Source: a virus (taxonomy: Duplodnaviria > Heunggongvirae > Uroviricota > Caudoviricetes). From it: 64,000 nucleotides of DNA. The stretch is taken from the IMG/VR virus record IMGVR_UViG_3300028374_000006; one strand, written 5' to 3'. The notes beneath the pieces are model-generated. The model was given only the letters and a program-made list of their open reading frames with translations, was not told the origin of the DNA and ran no database searches. The position numbers and the translations under genes are program-made. This document shows, piece by piece, positions 46,525 to 56,200 of this stretch (its first letter is position 1; every line of letters starts with the position of its first letter).

Positions 46525-46812
46525 TCAAGGCAAATCACCCTCATAGTACGTGCGAAGTCGTTTCCTCACGGCATTATCTGATACGCCGAGATCACGTGCT
46601 ACAGCGGAATAGTTCCTTGACCGCACACGTTCCACCAGTACAGCACAAGACGGCCAATCAACCTTAGTGTCACGGGCTTTTCCGGCACAAGATTTACACC
46701 GAGTAGCTTTCCTGCTGATCGGCGTACCACAATCTTTACAACTATTCGGTTCCGAGCTACTAGCGACCGCTAGTTGTTTGTGGTGACAGTCAATACATCG
46801 TTTGGCCCCGCC
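46525..46812 (-). pseudogene. start-less remnant encoding a zinc-ribbon + HTH domain (homing-endonuclease C-terminal-like)
   Basis: Minus-strand frame translates to '...CKDCGTPISRKATRCKSCAGKARDTKVDW...YSAVARDLGVSDNAVRKRLRTYYEGDLP*' with no ATG/GTG/TTG start in the frame. It abuts the tRNA. Confidence 0.4.
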
Positions 46813-46846
46813 TTACCGAAAAAGGTCTAAAAACATTCTGGTCTGT

Positions 46847-46875
46847 TTGACACGTACCTCATCCTGTGGTACGTT
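46847..46875 (+). promoter_or_regulatory. sigma70-like promoter TTGACA-17-TACGTT with TGG extended -10
   Basis: Perfect -35 hexamer, 17-nt spacer, TGn motif. Confidence 0.4.
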
Positions 46876-46977
46876 CTAAATGCCCAAGCGGGTCGCACCC
46901 GGCCCCCTGCCTCCATAGGCTTATGGTAGGGGGTGTCGCCTCATGAGGCGAACTTGGGCTCCATTACTACCCGGAGT

Positions 46978-47241
46978 ATGACGATGCCTTGGCTCTTTGA
47001 AGTCCATAATACCCTCGATTTCAACCCGTGTTGCGACACAAGCATGGCGAGGATTGTGGACGCGGATTTTTGGGAAGAGCATGGGCACTTCGACGACCAG
47101 CACCTCCTCGAGATTTTGCAAGAAGAATTCGCTGATTTCCGGGGTGAAGAGTTAATGGAAGGTGTGTTCGACTTTGACATGCCTGCCCAAGAGACGACCG
47201 CATACCTTACCAGTCTGGGCATGCGCCCGATGGTTGAGTAA
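46978..47241 (+). CDS. hypothetical acidic protein
   Basis: ORF; ATG 46978 or 46984. Confidence 0.45.
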   Translation: MTMPWLFEVHNTLDFNPCCDTSMARIVDADFWEEHGHFDDQHLLEILQEEFADFRGEELMEGVFDFDMPAQETTAYLTSLGMRPMVE

Positions 47242-47263
47242 CTACGATACGAGCAATACTACG

Positions 47264-47779
47264 ATGCACGATCTATCAAAGGCTTCCCTCCCTACGCTGG
47301 ACACTCACATCACCGGCGTCGAATCCCGCAAACGACTTGACGAGCTGCAGACACAGCTTGATCAGGTGCGGTATCACGAATTGCAATTTCAGATGCAGTT
47401 CGTCGCTTTCGACAAAAAAGAGCGCCCCCACCGGTTCAACGACCTCCCCACCAAAAAGACCAAGTACAGCAAGTTCATGATGGTCTTGGTGCGTGTGGAT
47501 CCTAAAGGTAAAGAGGTTGAGTGGTATGGCCCCATCTGGTTTGTGGACCCCGACAAGAACGGTAAAAAGCGCTATCTCACCGGCATTGATTTGACCCGAA
47601 TGCACTGGTACGCCAGTAAAGGGTCACGCCCTTGTCCTACGGTGACGCTTGACCGTAATGATGTGGGCGAAGATGTAGAGTATGCCTACATGTCTGGGGG
47701 CGGGACATGGGTTCGCGTCCCTTCAATCACCGATGAATTTGGTCGTGTCCTGTCCCTGTATGACATCAACCTCTGGTGA
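47264..47779 (+). CDS. hypothetical protein
   Basis: ORF (ATG 47264). Confidence 0.5.
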   Translation: MHDLSKASLPTLDTHITGVESRKRLDELQTQLDQVRYHELQFQMQFVAFDKKERPHRFNDLPTKKTKYSKFMMVLVRVDPKGKEVEWYGPIWFVDPDKNGKKRYLTGIDLTRMHWYASKGSRPCPTVTLDRNDVGEDVEYAYMSGGGTWVRVPSITDEFGRVLSLYDINLW

Positions 47780-47782
47780 CGT

Positions 47783-48073
47783 GTGCTAAACCTTTTCAGC
47801 ATATTTCGGTTGGGCCGTGACCCGTGTGAGAGCTACGGACATTCGTTTCGCTTTGACCATAGGTATATCCACCCTTCCGGGTTGCCTATGGTCTATACGC
47901 GATGTAGACGGTGCGACACAGGATGTTCGCAGCCTGACTGGAACGAACTGAGTGGCCCGGAAAAGGTGACGATCCTTGTTTCCGGGGATGAATTTTACGA
48001 CCACCTCCGATTAACAGCACCGTTCAAAGAGGATTTTGAGCGGCGACGAAAAGAGATATACGGTTATGGGTGA
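47783..48073 (+). CDS. hypothetical protein with CxxC pair
   Basis: 'CRRCDTGC'. Confidence 0.45.
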   Translation: MLNLFSIFRLGRDPCESYGHSFRFDHRYIHPSGLPMVYTRCRRCDTGCSQPDWNELSGPEKVTILVSGDEFYDHLRLTAPFKEDFERRRKEIYGYG

Positions 48074-48545
48074 AGAAATCGAGCGCAAGTTCAAAGTTGA
48101 AGACGAATCTTGGCGTGATCATGTGGGCAAATCCAGTATGATCATGCAAGGGTACATCACGGATGGTGATTCCGATAGCGGTGCTGCCGTCCGGTTGCGT
48201 CTGAAAGACAACAAGGGCTACCTGACAGTCAAAGAGAACGGGAACACGCAACTGGTACGGGCTGAATTCGAATATGAAATCCCGGAAGGCGATGCGGTCC
48301 AGATGCTCCGGGACTTTTGTTCTGAGGTCATCACCAAGGTCCGCAACTATGTGGAAGTTGGTGGGCATACGTGGGAAATCGACGAATTTTTTGGGGATAA
48401 CGAGGGGTTGATTACCGCCGAGATAGAGCTTGACGATCCCGACGAAGATTTCGAAGTGCCGGAATGGGCGGGTGAAGAGGTTACGGAACAGAAGAAGTAC
48501 TCCAATTTCCAACTGGCTTTACGTCCGTATAAGGGTTGGGAATGA
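48066..48545 (+). CDS. CYTH-domain protein (triphosphatase / CyaB-like)
   Basis: N-terminal 'EIERKF' (ExExK signature) plus acidic 'WEIDEF' and 'ITAEIEL' strands. Confidence 0.7.
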   Translation: MGEEIERKFKVEDESWRDHVGKSSMIMQGYITDGDSDSGAAVRLRLKDNKGYLTVKENGNTQLVRAEFEYEIPEGDAVQMLRDFCSEVITKVRNYVEVGGHTWEIDEFFGDNEGLITAEIELDDPDEDFEVPEWAGEEVTEQKKYSNFQLALRPYKGWE

Positions 48546-48756
48546 CGTACAGGGTAGCTATTATCGAAGAGGGTTACTTAGATCAACTCAAAGGGTTCCC
48601 CTCAGAAGACGCCCGAGCACTGTGGATGGAAGGTTTTCATGACGGCGTAGAGTACAGTGGTTTAGGTTCCACCTATGCCGTGGCGACTCGGAGTTCGAGA
48701 AGGTATTCAAGTATATCATGAACGATGCTAATTTTTAACTCTAAAAGGTTCCCAAA

Positions 48757-48969
48757 ATGAACAATTACCCTAAGATTAGTTTTTCACAGTTCAAAACTCT
48801 TTTGAAGCGTGCAAAGAAGAAAGAGGACGAGAGTCCTGCAAAAAAGAAGCAAGACGACCACGCAGAGAAGAACCAAGAGAAATTGGAAAAGCACCGCAAA
48901 AAGATTGACAAAGAGGTCGACGAAGATCATTCTGAAAAGGGAAAGGATCTGGTCAAAGAAAAGAAGTAA
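48757..48969 (+). CDS. small K/E-rich protein
   Basis: Low-complexity lysine/glutamate-rich 70-aa ORF. Confidence 0.35.
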   Translation: MNNYPKISFSQFKTLLKRAKKKEDESPAKKKQDDHAEKNQEKLEKHRKKIDKEVDEDHSEKGKDLVKEKK

Positions 48970-49075
48970 CCTGAATCCCGATCAGAAAAAGACCCGTTAA
49001 TCTATTTGTATTAATCTATTTGTAAAGGCCAGTCATTGGCCAGTCCTCAAGTACCTAATTTTCATGGAGAATAGA

Positions 49076-49447
49076 ATGTCACTAAAAGACCAACTGATTA
49101 AGCTTGGATACGAAAAGCCTGAACTTCGCGATAACCTCAGACCCATTCTCGCCACTCTGGATAAGGCCGCTCACAGTGGACACTCTGACTCTCTCCACAC
49201 ACCAAGTGGAACCGGTGGGTTTGCTGTGAATACTCCAGACCTAGCAGCGTTGTCTTGGTTCGCTTATGCGGTAGCGCCAGCAGGTATCCGTAATAAGGCT
49301 GAAAAGTTAGAAAGGGCCAAAGATATTACTCTTCGTGAAGTCCTTCGGCATACTGAACGTCAGACTGACGACGTTACTATCGAGTATTTAGAGCGCAATT
49401 TTGAAGAAGTACGTTCTCGATACCTAAGTGTTGAGGAAAGGCGCTAA
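49076..49447 (+). CDS. hypothetical protein
   Basis: GGAG RBS 6 nt before ATG 49076. Confidence 0.5.
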   Translation: MSLKDQLIKLGYEKPELRDNLRPILATLDKAAHSGHSDSLHTPSGTGGFAVNTPDLAALSWFAYAVAPAGIRNKAEKLERAKDITLREVLRHTERQTDDVTIEYLERNFEEVRSRYLSVEERR

Positions 49448-49507
49448 CGATAAAGACGCGCATTCTTTCGTATTTCAGCGAGATAGTGCAAGGGAAGCTA
49501 GTAGCAT

Positions 49508-49536
49508 TTGACGGTGACTAGTCACTCTGGTATAAT
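49508..49536 (+). promoter_or_regulatory. consensus sigma70 promoter TTGACG-17-TATAAT upstream of tRNA-Val; the spacer holds the 12-bp palindrome GTGACTAGTCAC
   Basis: Exact -10 consensus, 17-nt spacer, and a perfect palindrome at 49514..49525. Confidence 0.7.
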
Positions 49537-49578
49537 GGGTTGGGAACATGATACGTACCGGTCGTGTTTCTTACGCAC

Positions 49579-49650
49579 GGGACCGTAGCTCAGGGGGAGA
49601 GCACTGCCTTGACATGGCAGGGGTCGATGGTTCGAATCCATCCGGTCCCA
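49579..49650 (+). tRNA. tRNA-Val (anticodon GAC)
   Basis: Acceptor GGGACCG/CGGUCCC, anticodon loop UUGACAU, T-arm GATGGTTCGAATCCATC. Confidence 0.85.
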
Positions 49651-49674
49651 TTAATAATTAGGGAGATAAGGGGT

Positions 49675-49875
49675 ATGGCCGAAGATAAGGCTGGCGATAA
49701 GGAAAAGGTCGACAAGGCACTTGAACGTGCTGTTTCCGCGCTCTATTTCAGGGACAACGCCGATTACGGCAGTTACCTGTGGGAGATTGTGGAGGTTCTT
49801 GATCCCGAACTGTGTGACCTTCTGGAAGAGGATGGTGACGCAGCGTATGAACAGGCTCAAGAGCGGGTCAAATAA
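49675..49875 (+). CDS. hypothetical small acidic protein
   Basis: GGGAGATAAGGGG RBS + ATG 49675; the upstream extension overlaps the tRNA. Confidence 0.45.
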   Translation: MAEDKAGDKEKVDKALERAVSALYFRDNADYGSYLWEIVEVLDPELCDLLEEDGDAAYEQAQERVK

Positions 49876-49907
49876 CTACTAATTTACCTACGACTACGAG
49901 CTTACCT

Positions 49908-50729
49908 ATGGGTATCCGCATCAACAGACGGATGGGGTACGCCCTTACCGATTTCGAGTATGATACGGATGCGTGGGAAGCCACCGATTCCCGTATCAAT
50001 CTCGAGCTTTTAAACGGTGACGGCGGTGAGGATCTTTACGAACTCAAGAACGAGTTCGTTGATTGGGCACTGAGTTACCCGTACAAAGCAAAAGAGATGT
50101 TGGTGGAAGAGATTGGGGTAGAAACCCATCTTGGGTCTATAGCACAGGGAGCGTTTGAACGCCTTGTTGAAAAGCAGGGTATCAAGCGCTTTTCTTTTCA
50201 CACCCCCCTCACCCACCGGCCCGAGTTTGGCAATCCCGGAGTGTTGCTGTTTCAGCCTTTGACTTTCACAGACTGGACGCGGCACGACGACACGATTGAC
50301 CACTACGACCATGCTCACCGGTACGACGGACCCACAACAACGCTCCTTGACATGAACGCTGAACTGCATCAATGCGGTATCTATCCGTACAGTGCGCTTA
50401 TGTTACGGCACCCGGACGCTGAGACTCACGAAGAGTTTCTCAAGCCCCGTGAAGAATACACGGATGAGGCATGGGAAAAGGAACAAAAGAACCGTTTCGG
50501 TATTCGGCAGGGTAGGCTCCACGGGCGCGAATTCAATATGATGGTGGGGCATTTTGATGAGCACCAAGCTCCACTGGTTGAAAACGAGGCGTTCCTCACG
50601 CATTTGTTAGAGGACTGGAACAGCCAGATACCGCCAGAGATCCTTTTGTTTGCTCATTACAGCAAGATTTTCACTGATTTCAATACGGTGTATCGGTTAA
50701 GACCGGTGCTCTATACCTATTGGGCCTGA
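49908..50729 (+). CDS. hypothetical protein
   Basis: 273-aa ORF. Confidence 0.5.
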   Translation: MGIRINRRMGYALTDFEYDTDAWEATDSRINLELLNGDGGEDLYELKNEFVDWALSYPYKAKEMLVEEIGVETHLGSIAQGAFERLVEKQGIKRFSFHTPLTHRPEFGNPGVLLFQPLTFTDWTRHDDTIDHYDHAHRYDGPTTTLLDMNAELHQCGIYPYSALMLRHPDAETHEEFLKPREEYTDEAWEKEQKNRFGIRQGRLHGREFNMMVGHFDEHQAPLVENEAFLTHLLEDWNSQIPPEILLFAHYSKIFTDFNTVYRLRPVLYTYWA

Positions 50730-50730
50730 T

Positions 50731-51015
50731 ATGTCCGACCCGAACCAACCCGGCAATCTTAGCGAAATCAACCCCCGAGAAAAGGCGCTGTACCAATCGG
50801 TTGAGTTGCTTGCCAAGGCTGCACAAGTCGCTGAGAAAAGCTATTTGCGGGAAGAATGTCGCCTTCAGATACTGGAATTACTGGAACCTCGCACCTCTTG
50901 TGAGGAGTCAGTACGTATGTCCTTGCGTGTTCATATCTCCCACATGGAGCTTACTGACGCGAAAGGTGGTGAACTCCACGAGCTTCTGAAAGCGGCCCGT
51001 GAGGTTTTGGTATGA
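50731..51015 (+). CDS. hypothetical protein (tandem paralog A)
   Basis: 'VELLAKAAQVAEKSY...ILELLEPR' resembles the next ORF. Confidence 0.5.
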   Translation: MSDPNQPGNLSEINPREKALYQSVELLAKAAQVAEKSYLREECRLQILELLEPRTSCEESVRMSLRVHISHMELTDAKGGELHELLKAAREVLV

Positions 51016-51272
51016 CGGACGACCGGATATTCAAGGCGGTCGAATTGCTTGCTGCTGCAACGGTCAATGAACCTAAAAGCTACAAGCGAAGAGGGTACCG
51101 GATCACGATGTTAGACTTGCTCGAACCTCGCGGGTCCACCAAAGTTCCCAGCTTACAGTTGCGTAGCTTAGTGGCGTATTTGAAGGTCAATATGGGCGAA
51201 GACGACCCGGACTATATACTCATGAAACAAGTCCAAGACGTACTGGAAGGTAAAGATGGCTCCAACACTTGA
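51012..51272 (+). CDS. hypothetical protein (tandem paralog B)
   Basis: 'VELLAAATVNEPKSY...ITMLDLLEPR'. Confidence 0.5.
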   Translation: MTDDRIFKAVELLAAATVNEPKSYKRRGYRITMLDLLEPRGSTKVPSLQLRSLVAYLKVNMGEDDPDYILMKQVQDVLEGKDGSNT

Positions 51273-51804
51273 CAAAATCGTTGTGATCGACGTAGAATCT
51301 ACTTGCTGGAAAGGTAGCGTACCGCCAGATCAAGTGTCCGAGATCATTGAGATAGGCGTGTGTACCTTGGACCCTTACCTTCGGAAGATCGAGGGTAAGC
51401 AAAGCATCCTCGTCAAGCCGATCCAGAGCGACGTCAGCGCCTTTTGTAACGAACTCACTACCATCACACCGGAAATGGTTTCGGACGCCGGTACGCTGGC
51501 TGAGGCACTTGATAAGTTGCACGACGAGTATGATACGCCCAACCGCCTGTGGGCTTCGTGGGGCGACTATGATCGCACCATGTTCGAAAAGGAGTGTGAG
51601 CGAAAAGGGTTGGACTACCCCTTTGGGAGATCCCACCAGAACGCAAAGACCCTTTTCGGTTTGATGTACGGGTACAAGAAAGCCCCCGGAATGACGAGGG
51701 CGCTCAAGAGACTAGATTTCGAACTCGAAGGAACCCATCACAGGGGCCACGACGACGCCTATAATATCGCCCGCATCTTGCGGGAATGCTTGAAAGGACC
51801 ATGA
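51256..51804 (+). CDS. DEDDh 3'-5' exonuclease (ERI-1/DnaQ-like)
   Basis: Exo I 'IVVIDVESTCW' and Exo III 'HRGHDDAYNIARI'. Confidence 0.75.
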   Translation: MAPTLDKIVVIDVESTCWKGSVPPDQVSEIIEIGVCTLDPYLRKIEGKQSILVKPIQSDVSAFCNELTTITPEMVSDAGTLAEALDKLHDEYDTPNRLWASWGDYDRTMFEKECERKGLDYPFGRSHQNAKTLFGLMYGYKKAPGMTRALKRLDFELEGTHHRGHDDAYNIARILRECLKGP

Positions 51805-51805
51805 C

Positions 51806-52375
51806 ATGTTCGTGTTTTTAGACCTTGAAACTGGCGGTATCCCGTCGAAAGAGTATCCCCTTTCCGAGATCCCGATCTTGGAAGTGGCTATTGTCGTGAC
51901 CGGCGATGACCTTGTTGAACTGGCCCACAAGCAGGTGGTGATCAGTCAGCCAGAATACAAGCTGGAAGGGATGGGTGATTGGGCGAAGGAGCACCACACT
52001 AAAACGGGCCTGTTGGCCGCTTCCCGATCCGTCACATTGGCTCAAGGGGCAGCCGGGCTTCAGTTGACGGATTGGCTCTATTCGAATTTCCTGTATCGTC
52101 ACGGGGCCGATGGTTCCGACCTGAAGCCTCCGATGTGTGGTAACAGTATCCACTACGATCGTAAGTTCCTCGAAGAGCACATGCCGCAGTTGGCGTCACT
52201 TTTCCACTATCGGAACATTGACGTATCGACTCTCAAAGAGTTAGGCAAGGCTTGGGGTATCCCCCCATTTGAAAAGGAGGGCGGTGTAGAGCATCGTGCC
52301 CTCGATGATGTTCGCCATTCGATCGACGAATTGGCGCATTACCGACAGTATTTCAACGTAGGAGATAGCAAATGA
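51806..52375 (+). CDS. orn: oligoribonuclease
   Basis: 'FVFLDLETGG', 'CGNSIHYDRKFLEEHMPQLASLFHYRNIDVSTLKELGKAWG', 'HRALDDVRHSIDELAHYR' closely follow Orn conserved blocks. Confidence 0.85.
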   Translation: MFVFLDLETGGIPSKEYPLSEIPILEVAIVVTGDDLVELAHKQVVISQPEYKLEGMGDWAKEHHTKTGLLAASRSVTLAQGAAGLQLTDWLYSNFLYRHGADGSDLKPPMCGNSIHYDRKFLEEHMPQLASLFHYRNIDVSTLKELGKAWGIPPFEKEGGVEHRALDDVRHSIDELAHYRQYFNVGDSK

Positions 52376-52500
52376 TTTATATCGTGATAGCAATGGTAGC
52401 AGCTTTTCTTCTGGCCTGTGGTTTGGTAGCGTATATACGCAACAGCCAGACCACTTTCGAAATCAAGGAAGACGACAATGACAGTAGCCGAACTGATTGA
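52372..52500 (+). CDS. tiny single-TM protein (42 aa)
   Basis: MIYIVIAMVAAFLLACGLVAYI...; ATGA overlap with the orn stop. Not in the ORF track (under 60 aa). Confidence 0.35.
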   Translation: MIYIVIAMVAAFLLACGLVAYIRNSQTTFEIKEDDNDSSRTD

Positions 52501-52630
52501 AGTGTTGCAGGGACTCGACCCGGACCGAAAGGTGATTTTGCAAAAGGACGCGGAAGGTAACGGGTTTTCCCCATTCGGAGACTGGTACGAGGCATTCGAC
52601 GAGTTGCACGCAGAGAGGTTTTACGCATGA
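52478..52630 (+). CDS. small hypothetical protein (50 aa)
   Basis: Stop overlaps the XRE start (ATGA). Confidence 0.3.
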   Translation: MTVAELIEVLQGLDPDRKVILQKDAEGNGFSPFGDWYEAFDELHAERFYA

Positions 52631-52953
52631 ACTTCGCCCAGATGGTGCGACAAAACAGGACCGACCTCAACATCGGCGTCCGGGAGCTTGCCCGCAGGGC
52701 GGATTGCTCGCCCACGATGGTCGCTCACATGGAGTCCGGGGTGTCGATGCCCGGATACGAGCTGACCGTGCGACTGGCCGAGGAACTCGACCTGCCGGTG
52801 GACCGCCTGTTGATCGAGACCGGCTTCGTCCCCAGGGACGCGCGGCCCCGGACGGCATTTGAAGCGGAGCTGATGCGCCGGGTTCGCAAGTTGTCGCGCG
52901 CCGACCAGGAGCGGCTGCTGAAATCGGGCGCGCTCGGAAAAGGAGAGGCATGA
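52627..52953 (+). CDS. XRE-family (Cro/C1-type) HTH transcriptional regulator
   Basis: 'LNIGVRELARRADCSPTMVAHMESG' HTH_3-like. Very GC-rich compared with the flanking sequence. Confidence 0.7.
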   Translation: MNFAQMVRQNRTDLNIGVRELARRADCSPTMVAHMESGVSMPGYELTVRLAEELDLPVDRLLIETGFVPRDARPRTAFEAELMRRVRKLSRADQERLLKSGALGKGEA

Positions 52954-53135
52954 TTGACGATCGGAGATTTTTCACCTGGATGGACCACGGAGGCAGCGTG
53001 AACGCACCGGCTGAAGATAACGAAAGGCAGAAGCAACGGGCGACCGGACGTCGCTACCTCGACATGGACGAATACTGGGCGTGGAAGGCCGCGCGCGAAG
53101 GCGATAATCAACTGACGCAAGCAGCTGCAGAATGA
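52950..53135 (+). CDS. small hypothetical protein (61 aa)
   Basis: ATGA overlap with the XRE gene. Confidence 0.4.
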   Translation: MIDDRRFFTWMDHGGSVNAPAEDNERQKQRATGRRYLDMDEYWAWKAAREGDNQLTQAAAE

Positions 53136-53216
53136 CGACGCCAACATGAGTGAGCACTGAGACTCGAAGCCGAAAGCCACCGCCTCTAACGTCTGATCCA
53201 ATCAAGGAACTGAGTT

Positions 53217-56200
53217 ATGCTTAGCCTCGATCAATTCAAGAGCCTCGTCGTCAAGACTGCTGATTTTTCACAGGAAACGCCTTCAAAGCCAACCGGCCGC
53301 TCTTCAGCTTTTGGTCGCGGGGCAAATGAGCGGCTGGAACCAAGGCAGCCGACAAAGAAAGCGCCGTTCATTTTACAACTTCTGAAAGAGGCGAATTTCG
53401 GTAGCAGAGCACAGAAATTCCCAAAGCCGGACGAGGTATTTGGAGGGCGTGACGCCTCAGCTTTTCATTCGAATACCGAAGAGCTGCGGGACTATCTGCC
53501 CGAGCGAGTCGCCACATTCCGCTCCGAGCACCATGACACGCTCATCCTCGAGCTCGAGAACACAGCCACGAACTTGCTCGAAACTTCGTTATTTAAGCCG
53601 CTGCAATCAGAAAGCCGTCTTGAAGACGCGCTCACACGGGTTGCTCAGGCATTTTTGCGCGGTTACGAAAAGGCACACAACAGCAACCCATCGGTCGGCG
53701 CCGCGCAGGAAGACACCCTATGCGTCGTGGCGGTCCGCGATGACCGAAAGAGTAAGAAGGAGGAGGCACCTTATCTGGTCTGTTTCGCTACTAAGTGGCA
53801 TGACAAATACAGTGGCGAAAGATCCCTCGTTCACTTTTTTCTGCGTCAGCAGTGCGTCGAGTGGGAACCGCGACTTCGCGATACCCATCTGACGCAGATC
53901 TATGAAGGTTACTTCAGCAAGCTGAACAGCCCTGAGTGGCAGAACGCTTTCATCACCAGTGAAGAATGGAAAGCTGCGAATTGCGTACTCGAAGCCTTCG
54001 ACGAAAACCGAGGGGAAGATGTAGTTCGGGGCCATATGAAAGAGCTGCTCGAACAGGTCGCGCGCAATTTCAAGCTCGACGCTGATGAAAGTGGCGACCG
54101 CCTACACTTTACGAGAACGCGTGATCATGCCATCGGTTTGGATCCAGACAAAAAACTTGAGAGTCAAAAGGCCGCATTTGAGGCGACTGTTGTCCGGGAT
54201 CTCAAGGAGCATTTGCTTGGATATATCATCTACTGTGTCGACTCGACAGATGAGGCAGAGGCTTTGCGTACCTCACTCTCTCAAAACTGCTTCGAGAACG
54301 TTTTGGTACTAGCACCAGATGAGGACGATGATTCCCTTCGCTTTGAAGTTTGGCAGGCAAACAGGGGACTCAAGGACAAACTCGTCCAGGCGGGAGCACA
54401 GGAGAGCCTCGCTGCACGGCTTATCAGCACATTGGCTCGCTTTTTCGTTGTCGGTCAATCCGATGTCATTGATGCCAACGGGCTTGCCACGCAACTCGCC
54501 GCGCGCGCGAAGCACTTGCGGCAGTCCGTTCAACTCGCTTTGCGACGAGAAGCTGGTGACGGTCCGCTCAGCAAGCTTTATGCGTCCTACAAGACCAACC
54601 TCGTTCACTCGTTGAGTGAAAAGGACTTCTCCGACTCCTATGCCCAGACAGTTACTTACGCTCTGTTAGCCGCTCGATGGCTCTCCCGCCATTCCGATCG
54701 ACGCTTTCGCCTCGCTGATGCCCAAGAGTACCTTCCAATCACGAGCCCGTTTCTGTCGAGTCTCGCCACCAAGCTGCTCAATATGGATCGCTCGCCACGA
54801 GTAAGGTGGTTACTACAGGACATCACGAGCTTGCTAGAGCGGATAGATGTCGAAGCGGTTTTCGAGTCTGAACGAAATAATGACCTCATTAACTCCGATC
54901 CAATCATCCACTTCTACGAGCCGTTCTTGGATGCTTACGACAAGAGTATCCGAGAGGAACGCGGGGTCTACTACACTCCCGATGAAGTTGTCGCAGCCAT
55001 GGTGAACCTGACTGACGACCTGGTAAAGACGCGCTTCGAACTCCCGCTCGGCCTCGCCGACGACACCAGGTGGAAAGACTACGCGAATCGACACGGAATG
55101 GAGATTCCCAAAGGAATCTCACCGAATGATTTCGTCGTCCAGATCCTCGACCCGGCCACAGGCACCGGCACGTTTTTAAAGCAGGTGGTAACGCTGATTT
55201 TCGAACGCATGATGGACCACTGGCGAGACAAGGGATTGGACAACGGTCCACGCCAGGCGGCATGGGAAAGCTACGTGCGCGATTCGCTACTGCCTCGCCT
55301 TCACGGCTTCGAAATCATTATGGCGCCGTACGTAATCTGCCATCTCTGCTTACAGTTAGCACTTGAAGAGACAGGCTTTAGCTTCGAGTCAGGGGGCAGA
55401 TTAAAGGTGCTGCTCACGAATACCTTAGAGACATCTACACCTGCACAGACAGACCTCACCTTAAGCGAAGAACTCGCAGCGGAAACTGCGGAAGCGGCCA
55501 CTACCAAGGAGAGCCCTGGCATCTCCGTGGTTATTGGTAATCCCCCCTACTCGAAGATTTCCAGCAACCTCAATGAGGAAGCCGTCGAATACATCAAGCC
55601 GTTCAGATATCTCAACGAGCAGAAAATCGTTGAAAGAGGCGCACTCGCGTTCGAGATGACGCTTCAAGATGATTACGTCAAGTTCTTCGGCTTTCTTCTT
55701 GCGAAGTTAAGCGCAAACCCGATTGCCGTTGGGAGTTACATTACAAATTTCCGATTCCTCGACTCGAACTACCTGCGAGGGATGAGGGAAAGCCTTCGCA
55801 GCAACTTCGATAGTATTCACATTCTCAATCTCGGAGGGCATCGTACTGAGCAAGAGTTCCTTCCAATGCCAGATGAGAATGTTTTTAAGATTGAACAAGG
55901 GAACGCTATCTCATTGCTAGCTCGAGACGTGACTAGCGCTAAGAAGTCGCCTCAATATTACAGAGTTTGGGGCGAACGCCGGGAAAAGCTTGACTGGCTT
56001 AATGACATATCACTTAACGATGTCGACTGGAGAAAGGTGACCACTCCACAGGGTCGAAACGACTTCGGCGTATCATCATCCGCAGCAGAAGAGTTTGCGC
56101 GCTGGCCCGCGCTTGATGAGGTTTTCCGCAAACAAAGTGGCGCGATCATTACCTCACGCGACAATCTCACGATTGATTTTTCGAAGGAGGTGCTTCTCAA

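Noticed and set aside
46860-46960. Possible structured RNA (palindromes CCATAGGCTTATGG and CGCCTCATGAGGCG) downstream of promoter 46847..46875
   Set aside because: It could not be substantiated beyond short palindromes and may simply be the 5' UTR of CDS 46978; it needs Rfam/RNA-seq evidence.
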